Assembly (NCBI RefSeq): GCF_006345805.1
Contig: NC_043004.1
Span: 41,726,001 to 41,790,000 of the forward strand
DNA from: Octopus sinensis
Lineage: Eukaryota
DNA: 64,000 bases
Reading direction: 5' to 3'
This document shows, in pieces, positions 40,226 through 50,202 of this stretch. Numbering within the stretch: the stretch's first letter is position 1; each line of letters starts with the position of its first letter. A program made the position numbers and the translations under genes. The notes under the pieces are model-generated. The model searched no databases. It had not been told where the DNA came from and saw nothing but the letters and a program-made list of their open reading frames with translations.

Positions 40226-43200
40226 TCATGGAGGCTTTCTAGCAACTGCTATTTGGTGCATGAGAGAGTTCGATGCAGCTGCCCTCATCTGCCCCTCCTG
40301 CCGTGAAGTTGGTTCATCTGGGACACCTGACAGGAAGAGATCCAGCTCCATTTTAAAGACATCTGTATCCACCCCATGCAGGTCTCTCAGGTTCATCGGG
40401 AGGATATTGAAGAGCTGTGGGCCTCGGAAGCCCAGGCTATCACAGAATCTTGTCCTACATCTTGATGGCAAGTTTGGAGTCCTAGGCACCACGCAGTGGC
40501 GCCCAGTTCTGGCGTTTGCGTAACTCTCGATGCCAAAGTTCAGGACACTTCCCTCCAGGATCTTCCAGATGTATATTATGGCATATCTTTTCCGCCTACG
40601 CTCCAGGAATATAATTTTAATCTCTTGAGTCTTTCCCAGTAGCTTACATTCTGCATAGAGGCTATCTTCTTCGCGTAGCTTCGTTGGATCGCCTCAAGTT
40701 CTGTGATCAACTTGACACTGGATGGTGACCATAGCTGAGAGCAATAGTCAAAGTGACTTAGGACAAGTGTCTTCCAGAGGACCATCATGGTTTCTTGTTC
40801 TCTTGTTCCAAAGGTTCTAAGAATCCATCCAGCCAGGCGTCTGCATTTCACTGTCAGTTTAGCAACATGTACATGAAAGGTCGCGTCATCACTCATGTGA
40901 ATACCCAGGTCACGCACTGATTGTGCCTCTGGGATTGCAATCCCTCCGGGTCCAGTGTATTCCTTGGGTATTGCATTCAGTTTTGCATGCTGATAGTATA
41001 AAGCTTGAAACTTTTCAGCATTGAACTGCATGCTATTCTTTTCAGCCCACTTGTATATTTCGTCCAGCTCATATTGCAGGTGCGTAGTGTCTTCAGGGTT
41101 CTGTATTGCCTGTGAAACTTTTGTATCATCTGCATAACTTGTGATCATGGCTCTCCGCGTGGCTGAGGGCATGTCTGAGAGGGCCATTATGAACAGTAGT
41201 GGTCCCAAAACAGTGGAACACCGCTCACTATTTGCGTGCTAATGGAAGTGGCCCCATTGGCTACTACCACCTGACTTCTATTCTTCAGAAAGTCGTGAAG
41301 CCATTCTCCTAGTTTTCCAACTATGCCAAGATCACGCAGTTTGTGACATATCATTCCATGATCGACTTTATCGAAGGCCTTTGCGAAGTCGAGATATATG
41401 ACTTCCACATTTGAGTGGTTGAGCAGTTGTTTCAGCACCCAGTCATAGTGCTGCAGGAGCTGAGTTAAGCAGCTTCTTCCTGGTCGGAAACCATGTTGGG
41501 TGTCAGGCAGCAAGTCATTTTCTTCAAGGAAGGTGATTAGTTTCCTTCTGACTATTCGTTCCATGACCTTGCTGATGTGTGAGGTCAGAGAGATAGGTCT
41601 GTAGTTCTTGGCCTCCGCTCTGCTACCTCCTTTATGAATAGGGCATATTTTACCTTCCTTCAGTTTTCTTGGAAGTTTGCCAGCTGCAAGGAAGCTCTGA
41701 AAGAGGAACTGCAGTGGTCTTGCTAAGACTCTCTTACATACTTTTAGGAGGATTGCCGGGAATCCATCGGGGCCAATAGCTGAGTCTATTTTCATTTCAT
41801 CTATAGCCTTTATTACATCATCTTCCTTATATCGATGTAATTTAACGTCGCCGCCTCTGATTCTATATCTGCAGTGGTAAAAAAGTCAGTTGGATTGCTG
41901 ATTTGGAAATGCCCAAGGGTGGAGTGAAAACACTCTTGAATTGTTCATTCAGTATTTCACTTACCCTCATTAGTTTTCCTGTGAGTGTGCCATCCTTTTC
42001 AAGGAGTGGCCCTATCCTACAGTGCACCGTAGCTGTTTCTTTGGCATACCTGTAGAAAGCTCTGGGGTTAGTTTTTATGTTGTCTATAGCCCAGGCTTCT
42101 TTGTCTGCTCTTTCCTTCTCATGGGAGAGTTGCAGACAATTTTCAATTTCCAACAGTTTTATTTTCAGGCGGGACTTTTCACTGCTTTCAATTGTTTGTT
42201 TAGGCGATTTGAGATTTTTGTGCGCCGTCTCATTAAAAATTTTTCTCTCTGGGGATTTTGTTCTTGTGTACAGTGGCCTTTCTCTCTGGGACACATTGTA
42301 GCATATGGCTTGCATTACAGACATGAATTGTTGAAGTATCATGTCGATGTCCGGCGAGGAGAGACATTCAGGCCAGTTTTGTTTGAGGATCTCTTTCTCA
42401 ATTTGTTTCCAGTTTGCCTTATTGAAGTTCAAGCTGGAAAGACTCTGAGGGTTTCTTGTAGGCTGCATGTCCGTGCTCTCTTTTGGCCCGTACATGGTCA
42501 GCTCTACCATGTTGTGATCCGAGAGTAGTGTCGGTGTCACTTTCACATTATGGATGAGATCCATATTATTTGTGAAGCAGAGATCCAGTGTGTTACCCGC
42601 TCTGGTTGGTTGGAGTATTACTTGCTCCATGTACAGGGTGTTGGTGAGGTTCAGGAGGGACCTCGCCTGTCCTCGTTCACATCTTGTCATTCCTGGGAGA
42701 GAAAGGCCCTCGGGCCATCTGACATTCGGTAGATTGAAGTCTCCCATGAGAAGTACACTTATGTGTTGTTCTAATGTGGTTAGAATTTCTTCTATTTTTA
42801 AAAGGCAGCCCTCAAACTTGCCCATATGACTTGGGGCATCTGGAGGGCGATATGTAGCACACACAACTACATCAAGTTGCCTTATGTGTACAATTAGTGT
42901 GTCACACACCGAGTTTGAGTATGACAAAAGGACCTGGGGTGTGAGGTCCCCACGGATGTACATAGCAACTCCTCCATGACTTCTTTCTTTCCTGTCGGTC
43001 CGTAGTACAACATACTGTGGTATGTGTATTCCGCATCTGCTATGTCCGGTTTCAGATGCGTTCTGTGAGTGCTATGCATAAGGCTTGATTGCATGCGACA
43101 AAGTCTCTCAGGAACGGGACTTTTGTCCTGTTACTGTGTGTTAGTAGTCCTCTGATGTTCAGTAGGAGCATCGAGGTGAGGTGTATGCTGTTGACGGTGG

Positions 43201-43290
43201 TGTCCACCCTGGGTCCATCTGCTGTGGCGGTCTTGTGAACCGTGGGCAGTTCCATCTGCGAGCCTGAGCCTGATGGAGCCAGGTTAGCTG
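40226..43290 (-). pseudogene. LINE ORF2 (AP endonuclease + reverse transcriptase), broken by ~6 frameshifts
   Basis: LLLNIRGL, ALTE/THL, GGVAMY, MGDFNLP, TLDLCFTN, LSDHN; AIGPDG, NYRPISLTSH, QHGFRPGRSC, YLDFAKAFDKVDH, SYADD, YWERLKRLKLYS. Confidence 0.92.
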
Positions 43291-44048
43291 CTGTACAATC
43301 TTTTGTGCCATGCACAAAAAGATTCCTGCTCAGCAGCTGCCCTTTCAACAACACGTTGGTGGTTTGTGGTACGCACCACATCTGCGTACCTCCGTTTTGG
43401 GGCCGGTGATGCGTGGTCCATCCCATTTCCTTTCGGTGGTTGGTTTCTGTGGCAGGGTCCCGGATGTGCAAAGCGGCAGCCTGCACCTTCCTCTCCATGC
43501 CGGCAGGCACCTCTCAGGTAGAACCTACATACCCGTGTGCGCTGCTTGTTTCCATCCTTTTTGGCATATGGACAGTTAGGTTTGCCTCTATCCCTGGCTG
43601 CCTTGCCCCTTGGCTTTGTCTGAGTTTTAGCTTCAGTTTTTCCTCTTTTTTTGGCCTCTTCATCTCCATGTCCATGGCTTTTGGTGCCGGTAGGAGCATC
43701 CGTACCTGGGTTCACCTCCCGGGCAGGCCTCTCGCTGGAGTTTTCTTCCTGGGCGTCCACCAGGTGGGGGTGACCCTCCTCATCTGCGCCCGCGTCTCCA
43801 TCCTTGCCATCTTTACTTTGTTCGCGTTTTTCGCTGTTAAAAATGGCATCCAGTGTGTTTATGTGCGATCTGACAAGTGCGTATGAGCGTACGAACTCTT
43901 GCCTCTTCCGCTCTATTTGTGCTGACGTCCTTTTGAATCCTTTGTTCGTTAGTGCTGCCGCAATTATGTTACTTGGACTTTCTCCGTCAGCGCATTGCCA
44001 TCCTCGCAGGAACCACGCCAGTTCATCACGTTTCCAAGCTCTGGACAT
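43284..44048 (-). CDS. LINE ORF1, 254 aa, with an N-terminal Myb/SANT trihelix-like domain and a CCCH zinc finger
   Basis: ATG start; WKRDELAWFL...IIAAALTNKGFKRTSAQIERKRQEFVRSY; CRFYLRGACRHGEEGAGCRFAH (C-x7-C-x8-C-x3-H). Confidence 0.8.
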   Translation of the reverse strand: MSRAWKRDELAWFLRGWQCADGESPSNIIAAALTNKGFKRTSAQIERKRQEFVRSYALVRSHINTLDAIFNSEKREQSKDGKDGDAGADEEGHPHLVDAQEENSSERPAREVNPGTDAPTGTKSHGHGDEEAKKRGKTEAKTQTKPRGKAARDRGKPNCPYAKKDGNKQRTRVCRFYLRGACRHGEEGAGCRFAHPGPCHRNQPPKGNGMDHASPAPKRRYADVVRTTNHQRVVERAAAEQESFCAWHKRLYSS

Positions 44049-44061
44049 TCTTGATATATTA

Positions 44062-44495
44062 TCTATCTATCTAATTATGTTAAGTTTATTAATCCAATAG
44101 TAGGGGGTAATAGAGAAAGAGAGCGTCTATGTACTTAAGGAGAGATTGGGAGCCAAGAAGAGAGAGCAGAGAGAAGAGGAAGAGGAGAGATATGTTGTCT
44201 ATCTATCTATCTATCTAATTATATTAAGTTATATTAATCCAATAGTAGGGGGTAATAGAGAAAGAGAGCGTCTATGTACTTAGGAGAGATTGGGAGCCAA
44301 GAGAAGAGAGCAAGAGAGAAGAGGAGAGAGGAGAGATATGTTGTCTATCTATCTATCTATCTAATTATATTAAGTATATAATCCAATAGTGCAATAGGGG
44401 GGGTAGGGGGGTAATAGAGAAAGAGAGCGTCCATGCACTTAAGGAGAGATTGGGAGCCAAGAGAAGAGAGCAAGAGAGAAGAGGAAGAGGAGATA
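44062..44495. repeat. Three ~140-bp tandem repeats in the LINE 5' UTR
   Basis: taatccaatagtagggggtaatagagaaagagagcgtc...ggagagattgggagccaagaag repeated three times, separated by (ATCT)n. Confidence 0.9.
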
Positions 44496-44809
44496 CTGAG
44501 TGCTGAAGGAAGATAGAGAAAGCCTCTATGCCCTCAGAGAGAGATTGAGAGCTTAGAGAGGAGAGCTGAGACAGACAGAGAAGCGCAAGGGAGGGAACTA
44601 AAAAGACAGACAGAGAAGGGCAAGGGAGAGAACTGAAGAGACAGACAGAATTCTAAACGAAGCTATTGGGACATACACATGTATACACACATACACACAT
44701 GTACACACGTGTGCACATGCACATATATAGACAAGAGTAACAAGTGAGTATATAAAGAAACAAAAATAATAATGAAACATATATAAACATATATTACAAA
44801 AGTAATAAG

Positions 44810-45300
44810 ACAATAATAATAATAAAAATAATAATAATAAAAATAAAACAGCTGAAAGAAAACAGGCCAGGAGGTTTTACAGAGTTTATATATATATATG
44901 TAGTATGTACACACACACATATATATATAACACACACACATATATACACACACATATATTTAACAAGTGATAATAATAATAGATAATAAAATAGAATAAT
45001 AATAATAATAATAATAATAAAACAGCTGAAAGAAAACAAGCCAAGAGATTTTACAGAGTTTGTACATATACATATAATATATACACACACATACATATAC
45101 AATACATATACACACACATATATATCTAAGCAGAGGAAAAGAGAAAAGGGAATATATACGTTTGTCCGCCGCAACAGACAAATTTTTCTATAACATAACT
45201 AATACTATACTTCTAATATATGCGACTATACTTCTAATAATAATAATAATAAAACAGCTGAAAGAAAACACGCCAGGAGGTTTACAGTTTAAGCAAAGAA
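44810..45300. repeat. Three imperfect repeats in the LINE 5' UTR
   Basis: (taa)n-aaacagctgaaagaaaaca-gcca at ~44845, 45019 and 45251. Confidence 0.8.
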
Positions 45301-45800
45301 AAAGAAAAAAAAAAAGAAATGGCAATATATATTTATTTCGCTACAGACAATGTCTCTTAAGATAAACTACAATACGATTCTACTACTAACACACACACAC
45401 ATGCATGGATATATAGATATATACGCACATGTACGTATATACATATATAAACAGAGTAACAGGTAATTTATAGATAATAGATATACGAAATTAACAGTAA
45501 CAAGAATTTGTGATACGTTTTTGCGAGGATATAAACAGGAATTTGGGTACTTATCGACTGGAAATAAATTTATAAGATTCCACGTGCGTTTCGGCAGAAA
45601 GAGATCTTTGTGTCAAAACTTGACTTGTGGCAGAAATATATTGCGATTTTTTAAGCAAATATCCAGGTACGCGTCTATAAAGTAACAATTTCTACGTTTT
45701 GTGAGTGATTTGCCAAGTTATTTCGTCGATTTTATGCAGCCCTTCTTGTTTTTTTATCGCAGAGCGAGACAACACGTGTTTACTCTACGAAAGCCGGAAG

Positions 45801-47303
45801 TAAATATTTTAATCTTCGGATTCTTTTTTAATATGCTAGACCACTGGTCTTAATTGATAAATATCAATTTCTACCCTTAATTAATTTTATATAAATAAAT
45901 ATGTTCTCTAACCGATAAATTAACTGCTGCTAATTATTAGCTGCAGGCTAGTTTTCTCGGGTTCCATCGCGCCAAGGTAAAGGCATTTGAAAGATATATT
46001 CAAATGTAATAGGCTGAACTCCATGCACGCGATATTTCGGTATCGTGTTTGCATCTAGTCCAGCAATTACATTTATAACGGACCATGCTGATGATGGCTG
46101 CAGTTTTCCTTGCGGAAAATAACAGCTGAAACTAATTTAGTACATGGGTAATTATTTTATTTCGTATATTTTCACTTGTTTATTGCTATGGTTTTGTGTT
46201 GAGTTTGATCTGAGAACATAATCTTTTGTGGTGAATGGCGATTTGACGTCTATATCTAGCATGCTGACTGTCCACTTTTCGTGTTCAGTCTTTAATTGGT
46301 ATATATAAATATTTTAATCTTCGGATTCTTTTTTAATATGCTAGACCACTGGTCTTAATTGATAAATATCAATTTCTACCCTTAATTAATTTTATATAAA
46401 TAAATATGTTCTCTAACCGATAAATTAACTGCTGCTAATTATTAGCTGCAGGCTAGTTTTCTCGGGTTCCAACGCGCCAAGGTAAAGGCATTTGAAAGAT
46501 ATATTCAAATGTAATAGGCTGAACTCCATGCACGCGATATTTCGGTATCGTGTTTGCATCTAGTCCAGCAAATTACATTTATAACGGACCATGCTGATGA
46601 TGGCTGCAGTTTTCCTTGCGGAAAATAACAGCTGAAACTAATTTAGTACATGGGTAATTATTTTATTTCGTATATTTTCACTTGTTATTGCTATGGTTTT
46701 GTGTTGAGTTTGATCTGAGAACATAATCTTTTGTGGTGAATGGCGATTTGACGTCTATATCTAGCATGCTGACTGTCCACTTTTCGTGTTCAGTCTTTAA
46801 TTGGTATATATAAATATTTTAATCTTCGGATTCTTTTTTAATATGCTAGACCACTGGTCTTAATTGATAAATATCAATTTCTACCCTTAATAATTTTATA
46901 TAAATAAATATGTTCTCTAACCGATAAATTAACTGCTGCTAATATTAGCTGCAGGCTAGTTTTCTCGGGTTCCAACGCGCCAAGGTAAAGGCATTTGAAA
47001 GATATATTCAAATGTAATAGGTTGAACTCCATGCACGCGATATTTCGGTATCGTGTTGCATCTAGTCCAGCAAATTACATTTATAACGGACCATGCTGAT
47101 GATGGCTGCAGTTTTCCTTGCGGAAAATAACAGCTGAAACTAATTTAGTACATGGGTAATTATTATTTCGTATATTTTCACTTGTTTATTGCTATGGTTT
47201 TGTGTTGAGTTTGATCTGAGAACATAATCTTTTGTGGTGAATGGCGATTTGACGTCTATATCTAGCATGTTGACTGTCCACTTTTCGTGTTCAGTCCTTA
47301 ATT

Positions 47304-47310
<7 letters not shown>
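45801..47310 (+). mobile_element. Hammerhead array, right arm part 2 (~3 units), ending in (TA)n
   Basis: Resumes exactly where 40136 stops; ends ccttaattggtata(TA)n. Confidence 0.95.
46083..46147 (+). ncRNA. Type I hammerhead ribozyme, intact (also 46589-46653 and 47091-47155)
   Basis: Same fold as above; predicted cleavage after GTA at 46142, 46648 and 47150, giving 506- and 502-nt monomers. Confidence 0.9.
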
Positions 47311-47394
<84 letters not shown>

Positions 47395-47946
47395 CATACA
47401 TACATACATACAATAACTACTTCAAAAAATGTATATTTGTATTATACCATATAATGGAACTTCTAAAAGCACATTCTTTAGTTATTTCAGAACATTGAAT
47501 ATGGGAAATCCTTTTACCATCGCATTCATTTGGACCATTCCGTATAAATGGCGAAGTAGACGGGAAGGCAATATACGATTAGGCTTTGTTTGTAAATGTA
47601 TATCTGTTAATATTGCAATGGCTAACGTCTATTTAATATAACCAACTTTATAGGTATCACTTATCTTTCTCTTTTACCCATCAGCTATATAGATATTTGT
47701 TATTCATTACACAAAACTCACTTATTCTGTTTAGTGTTCTTTAATGTTCTGTTCCTTCTAGAAAACACTGATAGGCTGTTTTTCTTTTTGGCCTTGTTCT
47801 TTATACTTTTGTTTCTCCTAAATTCACAATTTTCCAAGTGTCCATAACTTGATCCACTAGACACGTAGCTGTTTCTCTTAATACACAGTTCGCATCGTGC
47901 GTGGATCTACGCGCCTTCACTTGTCAGTTAAGGTGAGACAGTCAGT

Positions 47947-48255
47947 GTCACGTGACAACTTGCTGGGGCTGCCTGCTGGAGCCTAGTGGCAGGTATTTAA
48001 AGGGAAAAAATTTGACAAGACAGTCAGTCACCGGCAGACACTCGCTGACGATACATCGAAGAGGCCAGGGAACAGAAGAAAGAAGACATGTACCCAACAC
48101 CAGAGCTGAAGACACCTCCGAAATGTGGGGAGGCGCCACGTGAAAACGGTAGAGGAGTAGGGGCCGAAACTGGACGTGGTTCCTCCTGATGATGTCTTGA
48201 GCTAACTGGATCCTATAAAGGAGTTGTTGTGGTAGCAGACCACGAAACACGGTTG
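47947..48255. other. GC-richer island, possibly an LTR-like fragment
   Basis: Begins TGTCACGTGACA, has TATTTAAAGGG; no TSD or partner copy seen. Confidence 0.25.
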
Positions 48256-48489
48256 TAATTCCTGCTTCCGCAAATATGCATTTATATTGTTCTCATTAGT
48301 GCATTTCTAAATCTGTCAAAATTATTTCAAACCCTTTGAAACTTTAATCTTCAGAGTTTATCATTTTTGCTTTTTCTTAGCTAATCTAGAAATCTGAATT
48401 TTCCGATATTCTTTCATAATTATGTACTTCTTTATTTTCATAGCTTAACTATTAACCTCTCCGTAATTCATTATATTTACTGTATACAC

Positions 48490-48671
<182 letters not shown>

Positions 48672-48899
48672 GAGCAAAAGCTCGCACTCTGTCGGTTGAG
48701 ACGACGTCAGTTACAGTTGATCCGATCAACGGTACAACAACCCGCTCGTGAAATTAACGCGCAAGTGGCTGAGCTCTCCACAAACACGTATGAACGTATC
48801 ATGGTTCTCAGGGAAATTCAGAGCGTGACACAGAATGTGACATGGCTAACTCTCTCAGATAATGGTACCACTCGTTTCCGCCAGCTGAATAGACTAGAG

Positions 48900-49450
48900 C
48901 AATGTGAAGTAAAGTGTCTTTTTCAAGGACACAAAACATCTCCGAGAATTGACAGTGGTCGAATGTGGGTCTGGAGATTCTGTGATCGAGAATTTGATAT
49001 GAAAAGAATGCTGCCAACAATGAAACAAGACAGCTATTCTGTGATGGTCTGGGGAGTAATTTGGAGTAATCGTTGATCAGAGCTGGTGGAGTATGATGGA
49101 GACAGAAACTCATATAAGTATGTGTCCATATTGCAGAAAGGAATCCTTCCAAGTTACCCTAATGTTGAAATGATTCAAGAAGACTCTTTATTTACGGAAG
49201 ATGGGGCTCCATGTCACACGGCTAAAAAGACCCAAGATTGGTTGGAAAGAACACTTCAGGGGCATAATGGGCAGGACACTTCGTAAAAAGAACAAGAAAG
49301 CAGTCTCAAAACCAGATCTTTTGAGTTTATTGCATGCAACTTGGCAAGAAATTCCCGAAGAGAATATTCGTTACCTGATCAGTTACATGGCTTAAGGATT
49401 CTTGCATTGAAAAATGCAAAGGCTATGTCTACTAAATATTAGATATTTCC
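48900..49450 (+). mobile_element. Tc1-like transposase remnant
   Basis: GRMWVWR...LPTMKQDSYSVMVWGVIW; YKYVSILQKGILP; LFTEDGAPCHTAKKTQDWL. Confidence 0.8.
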
Positions 49451-49958
49451 ATTCTAATTGTTGATAAATAATTTGAATATATAATTTCAGATCTAAATAA
49501 ATTTTAAGGATTATAAGGTTGTCTACTTACTTCGGTCATGTCTGTATGTGTGTATGTATATATATACATCGCTTCATCGAAATAAAAATCCCATCAAGAA
49601 GATATCTTTTTCTATGAATATAAGTAAACTTGTGGAACTTACTAGATTATAATATAATAACATCAATTTTTAATTGTAATTCTTTATATATTTAAATTGA
49701 TACCTAAAAATTTCAACCCTTTGTTTAATTATCAAATCTACTCGTTTAAAATAAAAAATAAATTCATAATCTTACTTCCTGGCATTCTCATACCAAATCC
49801 AGATCTTGAAACTTTTGCGCAACAATCAACACTTGCTTCTGTTGAAATAGTAGCCAAATTCTTTTCAAATCACTTTAAATGAATTTCAAATTTCTTAAAA
49901 ATGAATGAATACATTATTTAATTTTTCTATCATTTTTCAACATTTCTCATGTCACCAG

Positions 49959-50202
49959 CAGACAAAACAGAAAAGGCGTTGCTCCGAAGGACAGCGTGGG
50001 AGATGCACTGGAACAATCACTCTGGCTCAGGGGGCACGCACCTGCGGAAAACTATCTCCGCCCCGATAGCGGTGAACAACGATATGGTCGTGGTGGTGGT
50101 GGTGGTGTTGGTGGGGAGAACGCCGTCTCAAATGTCACAGGTTTGATCATAAACCTGTCAGAGAGCGACCGGGACCATGACAGTTTGTCTTTCTCAGCCT
50201 GA
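49959..50202 (+). CDS. Candidate terminal coding exon of the host gene (RQNRKGVAPKDSVGDALEQSLW...SESDRDHDSLSFSA*)
   Basis: Polypyrimidine tract plus CAGCAG tandem acceptor, GC-rich open frame of ~80 codons entered in phase 2, followed by ~2 kb of TE-free sequence with AATAAA (~51023, ~51290) compatible with a 3' UTR. Confidence 0.6.

Larger units (their letters stand above)
40137..45800 (-). mobile_element. Full-length CR1-group LINE (~5.66 kb) inserted into the array
   Basis: Array sequence ggtatata|taaatatttt is contiguous across the insert; (CAAT)n 3' tail; ORF1 and ORF2 (APE + RT); 5' end CTTCCGGC. Confidence 0.92.
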
